Assembly (NCBI GenBank): GCA_965215275.1
Contig: OZ244044.1
Coordinates: forward strand, 928,001 to 992,000
Direction: 5' to 3'
Origin: Thermodesulfobacteriota bacterium
Lineage (GTDB): Bacteria > Desulfobacterota_D > UBA1144 > Nemesobacterales > JAJCZQ01
Length of the DNA stretch: 64,000 bases
Shown here: positions 40,922 through 50,944 of the stretch, piece by piece
How the letters are laid out: every line of letters begins with the position of its first letter
Numbering within the stretch: position 1 is the stretch's first letter
The notes under the pieces: generated by a model
The model's input: only the letters and a program-made list of their open reading frames with translations
Database searches by the model: none
What the model was told of the DNA's origin: nothing
Program-made: the position numbers and the translations under genes

Positions 40922-42949
40922 ATGAACTATCAGAATAAACACTATATACATAAAAATAAAAAGAAAGAAAACAAAAGAAAAGAAATAAAGAGAGAATTAA
41001 AGAAAAAAGATGAGCAAACCTATAGACAATCAAGACAAAACAAAAAAGTTCTTGAGAAAGTTCAGGAAATTATACAAAAATCATCTGATGGTGATTACAT
41101 CTACCGCGGCGAACCTGCTCACTACGAAAAAGTATCTTCCTCCCTCTATCGCCTGTGTGAGAATATAAATATGGAACACCCTATTAGCGATATCCAAAAG
41201 CAAATTTTACAGGAGGCAAGAACATATATTAATTCAACATACGATGAAATTAATATTCTGTCTCAAATTCAACACTATGGAGGATCAACCAACTTCATAG
41301 ATTTTACCACAGATTATAACATAGCCCTTTTTTTTGCTTGCAATAGTGAACCCGAGAAAAATGGCAGAGTCATTCTAAAAAAGAAACAGAATGTAGAAAC
41401 CTATATTAGAGAACCACGTATTCCAACAGAACGCATCAGTGCTCAAAAAAGTGTTTTTATCCAACCGCCAGAAGGATTCGAGAAACCAGACGACATAGTT
41501 TCCGTTCCTGCAAAATTGAAAAAGGATATATTAGACCATTTAAGTAAATATCACAATATATCCACAAAAACCATTTACAACGATATTAACGGAGTTATAA
41601 AAAGACAAAAAATCCGCGAAAATGCATATGCGGAGTTTTACGAAGGTTATAAGTACGTTAATAAGAAAGAGTATGACAAAGCCATTGAATCTTATACCAA
41701 AGCAATCCGCCTCGCTCCGCAATCAGTAGAAACTTATGTTAACAGAGGAAATACCAGAACCGGACTTAAACAATATAAGGAAGCAATTAAGGACTATAAC
41801 AAAGCCTTAGAGATCAATCCGCAATCGGCAGAAGCTTATTTCAAAAGAGGAAATGCCAAAGTCAGACTAGGACAATACGAGGAAGCAATTGAGGACTGTA
41901 ATAAAGCCTTAGAGATCAATCCGCAATCGGCAGAAGCCTATTGTAACAAAGGAAATGCCAAAGTCAGACTAGGACAATACGAGGAAGCAATTGAGGACTG
42001 TAATAAAGCCTTAGAGATCAATCCGCAATCGGCAGAAACCTATTTTAACAGAGGTATTGCCAAAGCCAGACTAGAACAATACGAGGAAGCAATTGAGGAC
42101 TGTAATAAAGCCTTAGAGATTAATCCGCAATCGGCAGAAACCTATTTTAACAGAGGAAATGTCAAAGCTGTACTTAAACAATACGAGGAAGCGATCAAGA
42201 ACTACGACACAACCATAAAGATCAACCAACAATCAGCAGAAACCTATTTTAACAGAGGTATTGCCAAAGCCAGACTAGAACGATACGAGGAAGCGATCAA
42301 GGACTACGACAAAGCCATAAAGATCAACCCGCAATTGGCAGAATCCTATTTTATTAACAAAGGAAATGCCAAAACTGGACTTAAACGATACAAGGAAGCG
42401 ATCAAGGATTACGACAAAGCTATAAAGATCAACCAACAATCAGCAGATACCTATTTTAACAGAGGTATTGCCAAAGCTGGATTTAAACGATACAAGGAAG
42501 CGATCAAGGATTACGACAAAGCTATAAAGATCAACCCGCAATTGGCAGAAGTTTATAATAACAGAGGTATTGCCAAAGCCAGACTAGAACAATACGAGGA
42601 AGCGATCAAGGATTACGACAAAGCTATAAAGATCAATCCACAATCGGCAAAAGCCTATTTTAACAGAGGAAATGTCAAAGCTGTACTTAAACAATACAAG
42701 GAAGCGATCAAGGACTATAACAAAGCCTTAAAAATCAATTCACAATTTATATATATTTACTATTATCTGGGAATTATCCAATTATGCCTGAGCGAATGGG
42801 AAAATGCCAAAGCATATTTAAGCCCTGCTATAAAATATTTAGATATTGCTAAGTCATTCCAAAAACAATATAAAAGCGTCACTGAATTTGAGAAAAGATT
42901 TAATGTTACACTGCCGGCAGACATCAAGGCATTGCTGACCTATAAATAA
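40922..42949 (+). CDS. FRG domain protein with a long TPR array
   Basis: YRGE, QHYGG.TN.IDFT, ALFFAC and RI.AQKS motifs; about 11 near-identical 34-aa TPR units. Confidence 0.9.
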   Translation: MNYQNKHYIHKNKKKENKRKEIKRELKKKDEQTYRQSRQNKKVLEKVQEIIQKSSDGDYIYRGEPAHYEKVSSSLYRLCENINMEHPISDIQKQILQEARTYINSTYDEINILSQIQHYGGSTNFIDFTTDYNIALFFACNSEPEKNGRVILKKKQNVETYIREPRIPTERISAQKSVFIQPPEGFEKPDDIVSVPAKLKKDILDHLSKYHNISTKTIYNDINGVIKRQKIRENAYAEFYEGYKYVNKKEYDKAIESYTKAIRLAPQSVETYVNRGNTRTGLKQYKEAIKDYNKALEINPQSAEAYFKRGNAKVRLGQYEEAIEDCNKALEINPQSAEAYCNKGNAKVRLGQYEEAIEDCNKALEINPQSAETYFNRGIAKARLEQYEEAIEDCNKALEINPQSAETYFNRGNVKAVLKQYEEAIKNYDTTIKINQQSAETYFNRGIAKARLERYEEAIKDYDKAIKINPQLAESYFINKGNAKTGLKRYKEAIKDYDKAIKINQQSADTYFNRGIAKAGFKRYKEAIKDYDKAIKINPQLAEVYNNRGIAKARLEQYEEAIKDYDKAIKINPQSAKAYFNRGNVKAVLKQYKEAIKDYNKALKINSQFIYIYYYLGIIQLCLSEWENAKAYLSPAIKYLDIAKSFQKQYKSVTEFEKRFNVTLPADIKALLTYK

Positions 42950-42993
42950 GAATAAAGATTAAAGGTCAGATATTACAAACCGTCTGCAATTTT

Positions 42994-43009
42994 TGGGATT
43001 ATATACTTT
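42994..43009 (+). repeat. Dispersed GGRAATTATATAC motif
   Basis: tgggattatatacttt. Confidence 0.55.
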
Positions 43010-43235
43010 GTTAGTCAAGACAATATAATTATTTAGTTAAAAAAGAAAGCGGAAAGATAAATATAGTAATAATATCATTTAAAACCTCTCTTCGAGAAAG
43101 AGCTGGACAAACTTACAAATGAAAAATTTTAAGGCAACTGCACACGATTTTCAATAAAGTATTTGTTCTTGCCGTCGCTTAAACCATATCTATCTCACAA
43201 ATTAAATCGTTAAGGTGAAGTAACAACAGAGCATT

Positions 43236-43703
43236 ATGACAAGTAACCCCACAAACGATAAAACCAAAGGGAACAAAGCCCGTATCTTTATAGATAAAAA
43301 AGGGAACTGGTTCCAGGACGGCCTTAAGATAACCCACAGATGGACCTATCTGGAAAACAACAGGAACCTTGACGTTGATAAAGACGGCAGGTTCTTTGTG
43401 GACGAAGGATTCGGCAAGGTTTACGTAGAGGTGGAAGACACGCCCTTTGTCGTTAAGATGGTCAATAAAAAGGACGGCGGTTTCTACGCAACCTTGAACG
43501 ACGAAACGACAGAATACACTGATCTTAAAAACGCCTGGTTCGGCAGCAATAACGTCCTTTACACAAAAGTAAAAAGCAATAAATACAGTGCCAGGTTCTT
43601 AAGTCCCGCTTATTATGAACTGATGAAATACCTTGAGCAGGACGGGGACGACCTCTATATCAGGGCGAACGGACAGAAAATAAAAATAGGCAGCACGGTT
43701 TAG
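43236..43703 (+). CDS. DUF1285-like protein
   Basis: I.IDK.G.W...G and V.VEDTPF motifs. Confidence 0.7.
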   Translation: MTSNPTNDKTKGNKARIFIDKKGNWFQDGLKITHRWTYLENNRNLDVDKDGRFFVDEGFGKVYVEVEDTPFVVKMVNKKDGGFYATLNDETTEYTDLKNAWFGSNNVLYTKVKSNKYSARFLSPAYYELMKYLEQDGDDLYIRANGQKIKIGSTV

Positions 43704-44866
43704 CAAAGGGGTTTAAAAGCCTCAACGATGCTGTATATCAGCCTGTTGGAAAATATCCTTCCCCTGTCGGTGATCCTCAGGTTGCCACTGTCTTCTTCGA
43801 GCAGTCCATCCTCTGCCGAATTTTTCAGCCCGTCACGGCAAAGCACGGCTCCGTAGGTCTTTTTGATCTGCTCTATGTTAATACCTTTTTTAAGACGCAG
43901 ACCCATCAGCAGTCTGTCGGTCAAAGCCTCGTCCCTTGACAGTCTCTCGGTAAATTCACGAGCTGAACCACTTTCTTTTACAGCTTTTATATAAGCTTTC
44001 GGGTCCCTGAAATTGGTCCATCTTTCTCCCCATGGCGGATGGTCTTCCCCGTTCAGATGTGAATGCGCACCAGCACCCACGCCAATGTAACTCCCGCACT
44101 CCCAGTAGGTCAAATTATGTCTGCACTCAAAACCCGGTTTACAGAAGTTCGAGATCTCATAGTGCTCAAATCCGTTTCTCACCAGCAGGGAGTCCGTCAG
44201 GGTGAACATCCTGGAAAGAGCTTCGTCCTCGGGCAGTCTCAGCAGACCTTTTCCGTACATATCTCCAAACCTCGTACCGTCCTCTATCGTAAGACAGTAA
44301 GCGGACACGTGGGGCACGTTCAGTTCAAGGGAGGCATTAAGATCATACTCGACCTCATCAAGGGTCTCGTCAGAACTTCCGTATATAAGGTCCAGACTGA
44401 AGTTCTCAAAACCTGACCTGGCAACGTCCCTCAGGACGCTTTTACCCTCTTCCGGGGAATTAAAACGCCCAAGGAACTTCAACTTTCTGTCAGAAAAGGA
44501 CTGTATTCCCACGCTGGCACGATTTACACCAACGTCTCTGAAATGCCTGAGCTTTTCAAGGTCCGCGGTTCTGGGATTTATCTCAATGGATATCTCAGCG
44601 TCCTCGGCAAGAACGGCGTATTCACCAACTTTCTTTATTATTTTTTCAATGCTTTCAGGTCTGAACAGCGATGGAGTACCACCGCCAAAGAATATTGTGG
44701 AGACCGTACACAGGGACAGATATTCGGAGTGAGAATCTATCTCGTGCATAACGGCGGAAGTATAGTCATCTTCAGGAAAGCTTCCTCCCACGCCGTAGGA
44801 ATTAAAATCACAGTACGGACATTTCGTTATGCAGTAAGGCAGATGGATGTAAACGCTCGTGCTCAT
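43700..44866 (-). CDS. hemW: Radical SAM heme chaperone HemW
   Basis: YIHLPYCITKCPYCDF, GGGTPS, YEISNF and HN..YW motifs. Confidence 0.92.
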   Translation of the reverse strand: MSTSVYIHLPYCITKCPYCDFNSYGVGGSFPEDDYTSAVMHEIDSHSEYLSLCTVSTIFFGGGTPSLFRPESIEKIIKKVGEYAVLAEDAEISIEINPRTADLEKLRHFRDVGVNRASVGIQSFSDRKLKFLGRFNSPEEGKSVLRDVARSGFENFSLDLIYGSSDETLDEVEYDLNASLELNVPHVSAYCLTIEDGTRFGDMYGKGLLRLPEDEALSRMFTLTDSLLVRNGFEHYEISNFCKPGFECRHNLTYWECGSYIGVGAGAHSHLNGEDHPPWGERWTNFRDPKAYIKAVKESGSAREFTERLSRDEALTDRLLMGLRLKKGINIEQIKKTYGAVLCRDGLKNSAEDGLLEEDSGNLRITDRGRIFSNRLIYSIVEAFKPLC

Positions 44867-44964
44867 TATAAAACTTTTCCCTTACGATACCTGAACCCCT
44901 GGACCTGAACCATTGACAGCGGCCTCTTTACCCCTTTTTCAGACAGTTCGTTCATAAGCCAGTA

Positions 44965-47787
44965 TTGGCAAAGACATCGTTGTGTATATATTTTCTGATG
45001 GTAATGGATAATATACACATCAAAGGTGCAAGACAACACAACCTGAAGGATATAAGTCTGAACATCCCAAGACGGTCGCTCGTGGTTATCACGGGGGTCA
45101 GCGGTTCGGGAAAATCATCTCTTGCGTTCGATACGCTTTTTGCAGAGGGACAGAGGAGGTTCATGGAATCCCTTTCGACCTATGCAAGACAGTTCGTCGA
45201 TAAACTGGAAAAGCCGGACTTTGACTACATTGAAGGACTTTCACCTTCCATATCCGTGGACCAGAAGACGTTCCACAGAAATCCCCGGTCAACGGTCGGG
45301 ACGATCACGGAGATCTACGACTTCATGAGACTGCTCTTCGCCCGTATAGGAACTCCCTACTGTCCGGACTGCGGTAACGAGATCGTCTCCCTGTCAACGG
45401 GATCCATTGCCGAACGTATCTCCGAGGACGCAGGTGATAAAAGCATCCGTATATACTCGCCGATCGTACAGGGCAGAAAAGGTCAGTACAGAAAGGAACT
45501 TGAAGATATAAGAAGGGAGGGATTTTTAAGGGTCCGTATCGACGGGAACGAATATGATCTGGAGGAGCAGATAGACCTCGGCAGATACAAGGTTCACACC
45601 ATAGAGATACTGATAGACGTTCTGAGCTCATCGGACAGGAACTTCAAAAGCAGGATTGAGGAATCTCTTGATTTTGCAGTCAAGCGGTCCGGGGGAACTG
45701 TCGTATGCGATTTTAACGGCACGTCCGCAGCGTTCAGCAAGAACTCATCCTGTACCAGGTGCGGCTTCAGCTACAGGGAGATCTCACCGAGGATATTTTC
45801 GTTCAACAGTCCGTACGGAGCATGCACTGAATGCAGTGGGCTGGGCACAAGCTCTTTTTTTGACCCTGACCTTATAATAGAGGACCCCGAAAGGTCCATC
45901 GCGGAAGGGGCGATCGTACCATGGAGGAACTCATCCTACTACATGCAGCTTCTGCACTCGCTCGCGGATCGTTACAAATTCAGTCTTTCCAGGCCGTTCA
46001 GTAAGTTAAGCAAAAAAACAAGACAGATGATCCTGTACGGTACTGGAGAAAATACCAGTAAAGAAAACGGGTCCACAGATGATCCGGACGGGTTTGCCGG
46101 GGTAGTGAATATAATAAGTGACTGGTACAGTGAAACGGGTTCTGACGAAGTGAGAAGTTCCCTTTCAAAATACCTTGTATCAACGACGTGCCGCTCATGT
46201 GAAGGTTCAAGACTTAAAAAAGGGTCCCTGTCGGTCCTGATAGATGAAAGGTCCATCTTCGAACTGGTAAAACAGCCGGTGGATAAATCGATCAGGTTCT
46301 TCGGTGGTATAAAGCTCAAAGAAAGAGAAGCGGCCATCGCCAGCGGGATACTTACCGAGATAAATTCACGTCTGGGATTCCTTAAAGACGTCGGACTGGG
46401 TTATCTGTCGCTGGACAGAACGGCACCGACCCTTTCCGGAGGAGAAGCACAGAGGATCAGACTTGCCACCCAGGTGGGATCAAAACTGACGGGAATAACC
46501 TACGTTCTGGACGAACCGTCCATGGGTCTTCACCCCAGGGACAATAAAAAACTGATAGACACGTTAAAAACGATAAGGGATTCAGGCAATACCGTGGTCG
46601 TAGTTGAGCACGATGAGGACACGATAAGGAGCAGCGATCACATAGTGGACATGGGACCCGGGGCCGGGGAGCAGGGGGGAGAGATAATTGCCGAGGGCAG
46701 CATAAAACAGATACTGAAACGAAGAAGCTCCCTGACCGGAAGCTACCTCTCGGGACGGCAGACCATTGAAGTTCCTTCAAAAAGAAGAAAGCCCAGAGAG
46801 TTCATAGAGATATACGGAGCATCGGAAAACAACCTTAAGAACATAGACGTAAAATTCCCTCTCGGGGTCTTTACCTGTGTAACGGGGGTATCCGGGTCCG
46901 GAAAGAGCACACTTGTAGTGGATACCCTGTACGGTCACTTATCCAGAAAGCTCTATAATACCAGGGGAGCTGCCGGACTTATAACGGGACTCTCGGGAGA
47001 GGATAAGATCAACAAGATCATAGAGGTCGATCAGTCACCGATCGGACGAACTCCAAAATCCAGTCCGGCGACCTACACGGCGGTCTTTGCAGATATAAGG
47101 AACACGTTCTCCATGCTGCCGGAATCAAGGGCAAAAGGCTACGGTCCGGGCAGGTTCAGCTTTAACGTGAAGGAAGGCAGATGTGCTCACTGTAACGGTA
47201 ACGGGGCGATCATGATCGAGATGCACTTCCTGCCGGACATTTACGTAACCTGCGAGCAGTGCGGCGGGAAAAGATACAACAGGGATACCCTGGAGATCAG
47301 GCTCAGGGGAAAAAGCATCTCCGATGTACTTAACATGACGGTCCATGAGGCTTTGCTCTTCTTTGGGAACTATCCGAAGATAAGAAAAAAACTGGAAGTT
47401 CTGAACGAGGTCGGGCTTGACTATATCAGGCTCGGACAGTCCTCAACGACCGTTTCCGGTGGAGAATCACAGCGTATGAAACTGTCCAGGGAACTTGCCA
47501 GGAGGTCCACGGGACGGACCCTTTATATACTGGACGAACCGTCCGTGGGACTGCACTTCGAGGACGTGAAAAAACTCCTGAACGTGATACAGAAACTCGT
47601 TGAACTGGGCAACACGATCATAGTAATTGAGCACAACGTTGATATCATTAAGTGTGCGGACCACGTTATAGACATGGGTCCGGAAGGCGGCAGGGAAGGA
47701 GGGTACATCGTAGCCGAGGGAAGTCCGGAAGAACTAACAAGGTCAAAAAGATCATACACTGCCGGGTTTCTCAAAAGAGTGCTCTGA
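44965..47787 (+). CDS. uvrA: Excinuclease ABC subunit A (likely start at the ATG near 45004)
   Basis: Two GVSGSGKS Walker A motifs, LSGGEAQR, zinc fingers. Confidence 0.98.
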   Translation: MAKTSLCIYFLMVMDNIHIKGARQHNLKDISLNIPRRSLVVITGVSGSGKSSLAFDTLFAEGQRRFMESLSTYARQFVDKLEKPDFDYIEGLSPSISVDQKTFHRNPRSTVGTITEIYDFMRLLFARIGTPYCPDCGNEIVSLSTGSIAERISEDAGDKSIRIYSPIVQGRKGQYRKELEDIRREGFLRVRIDGNEYDLEEQIDLGRYKVHTIEILIDVLSSSDRNFKSRIEESLDFAVKRSGGTVVCDFNGTSAAFSKNSSCTRCGFSYREISPRIFSFNSPYGACTECSGLGTSSFFDPDLIIEDPERSIAEGAIVPWRNSSYYMQLLHSLADRYKFSLSRPFSKLSKKTRQMILYGTGENTSKENGSTDDPDGFAGVVNIISDWYSETGSDEVRSSLSKYLVSTTCRSCEGSRLKKGSLSVLIDERSIFELVKQPVDKSIRFFGGIKLKEREAAIASGILTEINSRLGFLKDVGLGYLSLDRTAPTLSGGEAQRIRLATQVGSKLTGITYVLDEPSMGLHPRDNKKLIDTLKTIRDSGNTVVVVEHDEDTIRSSDHIVDMGPGAGEQGGEIIAEGSIKQILKRRSSLTGSYLSGRQTIEVPSKRRKPREFIEIYGASENNLKNIDVKFPLGVFTCVTGVSGSGKSTLVVDTLYGHLSRKLYNTRGAAGLITGLSGEDKINKIIEVDQSPIGRTPKSSPATYTAVFADIRNTFSMLPESRAKGYGPGRFSFNVKEGRCAHCNGNGAIMIEMHFLPDIYVTCEQCGGKRYNRDTLEIRLRGKSISDVLNMTVHEALLFFGNYPKIRKKLEVLNEVGLDYIRLGQSSTTVSGGESQRMKLSRELARRSTGRTLYILDEPSVGLHFEDVKKLLNVIQKLVELGNTIIVIEHNVDIIKCADHVIDMGPEGGREGGYIVAEGSPEELTRSKRSYTAGFLKRVL

Positions 47788-47804
47788 TAAAAAAGGTGTA
47801 AACA

Positions 47805-48614
47805 TTGGATTCTGTTCAGTCATTTATATTGGGCGTAATACAGGGAGTAGCTGAGTTCCTTCCCGTCAGCAGCACCGCGCACCTTGTTTTATTCCCGTGG
47901 ATACTTTCATGGCAGGACCCCGGACTGCCTTTCAACGTGGCCCTTCATCTCGGAAGTCTCATTGCGATACTCACCTATTTTCGAAACGACTGGAAGCATA
48001 TAACGTCGGATTTTGTAAAATGCACTCTCAAGGGGTCGTACAGGGAAAGCGTTAACGGAAAGACGGGGCTTTTTCTGATAATAGGAACAGTGCCGGGAGT
48101 TATATCCGGATTCGTCTTTGAACCTTACGCGTCGGGAATACTAAGGAACCCGCTGTACATTGCGGTCGCGCTTGCACTGTTCGGCCTGCTTCTGCTCCTT
48201 GCGGATAAGAAGACCTCCAACGAACGGGAGATAAAGGATATGAACCTGACGGACTGTCTATTCTTCGGGATATCACAGGCGTTTGCAATAATACCCGGCT
48301 CGTCCCGCTCGGGAGTTGCCATCACGGGCGGACTTATCAGGAACTTCAGACGCGAAGAGGCGGCAAAATTCTCATTTCTTCTGTCCGCTCCCCTGATCGC
48401 GGGAGCCACCGTTCTGGAGTCAAGGCACATGGACGTCGAAACCCTCACAAGCATCCCGTTCATCACCGGGGTGGCCTCTTCCACCATCACCTCTTATCTG
48501 GTCATAAGATTTCTGCTTGGCTTTCTGAAAAAACAGAACTTTAAGATATTCGTTTTCTACAGGCTGGTCCTGGCACTTATTATAATCGCCTTAACTCTGA
48601 TCAGCAAAGCGTGA
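47805..48614 (+). CDS. uppP: Undecaprenyl-diphosphate phosphatase
   Basis: QG.AEFLPVSSTAH and PG.SRSG motifs. Confidence 0.95.
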   Translation: MDSVQSFILGVIQGVAEFLPVSSTAHLVLFPWILSWQDPGLPFNVALHLGSLIAILTYFRNDWKHITSDFVKCTLKGSYRESVNGKTGLFLIIGTVPGVISGFVFEPYASGILRNPLYIAVALALFGLLLLLADKKTSNEREIKDMNLTDCLFFGISQAFAIIPGSSRSGVAITGGLIRNFRREEAAKFSFLLSAPLIAGATVLESRHMDVETLTSIPFITGVASSTITSYLVIRFLLGFLKKQNFKIFVFYRLVLALIIIALTLISKA

Positions 48615-48649
48615 TATAATAAGCATCAAGGTCATCAGGAGAAATTTCA

Positions 48650-49873
48650 TTGCCCAGGTCCAAGCAGCTTAAACCAGCTTTACTGATCCTGATAACAGTC
48701 ATCTTATCAGCCGGGACCTTGTATCTGTTCTTCGAAAAAGAACTGAGGGCTGTAACAGAGCTTATAAAGGTCCCTTTTGCTGAACAGAGGGAACTTCCCT
48801 CCGCCATAAAAGCAGCAGAGGTCCCGCCATGGGCCAGGATCGGCCTGGAAAAGACCTATACGGGATTTAAAGAACCGGTCTATCTGACGACTTCCGGCGA
48901 CAGTTCACGGGCGGTTTTCATCGTTGAGAAAAAAGGCAGGATAATAGCTGTAAATAACGGCAAAAGGAGTGTGCTGCTCGACGTTACGGACAGAGTCAGG
49001 TCCAGGGAATACGAGCGAGGACTGCTGAGCGTGGCGTTCCATCCTGACTTTGATAAGAACGGAAGATACTTTGTTTACTACACGGACGTTCGAGGTGACG
49101 TCATAATATCGGAATTCAACGCCCTTCGTACAGGCAGGAAGGAAAAAATTCTGTTAAAGGTCCTGCAGCCCTACTCAAATCACAACGGCGGACAACTGGC
49201 GTTCGGACCGGACAGCTACCTCTATATCGGTACGGGAGACGGAGGAGCTTCGGGCGACCCTCTTGACAACGGACAGAATAAACTGTCACTGCTTGGCAAA
49301 ATACTGAGGATCGACGTTGATAAAGGTCAGCCCTACAAAGTACCTGAGGACAATCCTTTTATTAACAGACCCGGCAGGAACGAGATATGGTCCTATGGGC
49401 TCAGAAACCCCTGGAGATTTTCTTTTGATCCCAGAACGGGCGACCTGTATATTGCCGACGTGGGACAGAGCAAACGGGAAGAAGTCAACTTTCAGCCCTC
49501 GTACAGCAAAGGCGGACAAAATTACGGCTGGAGATACATGGAAGGGTTCAGTACCTTCAATGTGGACAAGGACGTGGACCTGTCCAGACTGACAATGCCC
49601 ATAGTGGAATACGGTCATGACGACGGATGCTCCGTTACCGGAGGTTACGTGTACAGAGGGAAGAAATACAAGGATATTGAAGGAACTTACTTCTTCGGGG
49701 ATTTCTGCTCAGGGACCATCTGGGGATTAAGAAAGAAGAACGGACAGTGGCAGTACGCAAAGCTTTTAAAAACGGAGACGCTTATCTCAAGTTTCGGAGT
49801 GGACCATGAAAAGGAGATATACATTACGGATTTTCTGTCCGGGAACGTACACAGGATAATCTCTACCCGATGA
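48650..49873 (+). CDS. PQQ-dependent sugar (glucose/sorbosone) dehydrogenase family protein
   Basis: ERGLL..AFHP, NHNGG, GDGG and GLRNPWR motifs. Confidence 0.9.
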   Translation: MPRSKQLKPALLILITVILSAGTLYLFFEKELRAVTELIKVPFAEQRELPSAIKAAEVPPWARIGLEKTYTGFKEPVYLTTSGDSSRAVFIVEKKGRIIAVNNGKRSVLLDVTDRVRSREYERGLLSVAFHPDFDKNGRYFVYYTDVRGDVIISEFNALRTGRKEKILLKVLQPYSNHNGGQLAFGPDSYLYIGTGDGGASGDPLDNGQNKLSLLGKILRIDVDKGQPYKVPEDNPFINRPGRNEIWSYGLRNPWRFSFDPRTGDLYIADVGQSKREEVNFQPSYSKGGQNYGWRYMEGFSTFNVDKDVDLSRLTMPIVEYGHDDGCSVTGGYVYRGKKYKDIEGTYFFGDFCSGTIWGLRKKNGQWQYAKLLKTETLISSFGVDHEKEIYITDFLSGNVHRIISTR

Positions 49874-50846
49874 CCTTTCTGACGACCTCCAGCACCTGGT
49901 CGTGTATCTTACCGTTGGAACCGATGATACCTGCATTGTCGTTAAGTGTTCTTCCCAGCGAAAAATCCAGCTTTTTACCGAAACAGTCGGTCACCTTACC
50001 TCCGGCTTCGGTCACTATGACGTATCCTGCCGCATGGTCCCATATCTTCTCGCGATAATCCTTCCGAACCGGCAGCCTCATATATAACGAGGCGTCTCCC
50101 CGTGCAAGAACCCCGTACTTACACTGGCTGTCTATCCTGACCGGCTCCCTTGTAATGTTCAGCATATCGGCGATCCGGGCAGAGGCGGCATGAGATGAAT
50201 GCGAAGGTTCCACCGATTCTAAAAACCTTGTCTCGGAGGCGTTTTTATGCTCAGATACGCTGATACTTATCACGCTGTCCAGACCAAGAGGTTTCATGTA
50301 AGCCCCCATGCCTCTGGCCGCATAAAAAACCGCTCCTGCGTCTTCTGCCTCCTCCAGAGGACCGGCAGGAAGGTTCGGACATCCGAGCACTCCAAGTAAA
50401 ACCTCTCCGTTCTCTATCAGGGCCAGTGCAACGGCGTACTGGTCCTTTCTTAAAAACCCCTTTGTCCCGTCGATCGGATCAAGTGTCCAGAAGCGCTTTT
50501 CCCTTCCTCCGTCATATGCCCCCTGACCGATAATGCTGATCACGTCCTCCTCCGTAATTTCAGAAAAGTACGGCCTCAGGTGACCTGACACTTTTTCTAT
50601 CAGTGCGTCGCCACGGGAGATCTCCTCAAGGTCTTCCTCGGCGGTAAACAGAGCATCCGGAAACGTATTTTTTAATTCACTGATAACTATCGTCTGCACT
50701 CCGAGGTCGGCTATGGTAACGGGTGACCCGTCCCTTTTCTCCACAGCCTCATCAGGAACCAGACCTTTTTGTACCTGCCTGCTGAAATCACAGGACTTTT
50801 CCACTGCTGAAACCGCAGCTGATAACTCCTTGCTGATATTCATCAA
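49863..50846 (-). CDS. 3'(2'),5'-bisphosphate nucleotidase, HAL2-type
   Basis: SPVTIAD, DPIDGTKGF, DSQCKY and EKIWDHAAG motifs. Confidence 0.9.
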   Translation of the reverse strand: MMNISKELSAAVSAVEKSCDFSRQVQKGLVPDEAVEKRDGSPVTIADLGVQTIVISELKNTFPDALFTAEEDLEEISRGDALIEKVSGHLRPYFSEITEEDVISIIGQGAYDGGREKRFWTLDPIDGTKGFLRKDQYAVALALIENGEVLLGVLGCPNLPAGPLEEAEDAGAVFYAARGMGAYMKPLGLDSVISISVSEHKNASETRFLESVEPSHSSHAASARIADMLNITREPVRIDSQCKYGVLARGDASLYMRLPVRKDYREKIWDHAAGYVIVTEAGGKVTDCFGKKLDFSLGRTLNDNAGIIGSNGKIHDQVLEVVRKVIG

Positions 50847-50944
50847 GTATCGCCCCCTCCATTTTTCTGGAATTTTTGTACGTTTATTTTCTCACGGACT
50901 GGAAAAAAATCTATGGTCATTGATGGTCTTTTACTGAAAGACCG

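Noticed and set aside
41680..42740. Regular 102-bp repeats as a CRISPR or DGR signal
   Set aside because: Explained by TPR coding repeats; no reverse transcriptase is present.
49863..50846. Eukaryote-like HAL2 nucleotidase as a recent transfer
   Set aside because: The family is known in bacteria and the gene has core-like composition.
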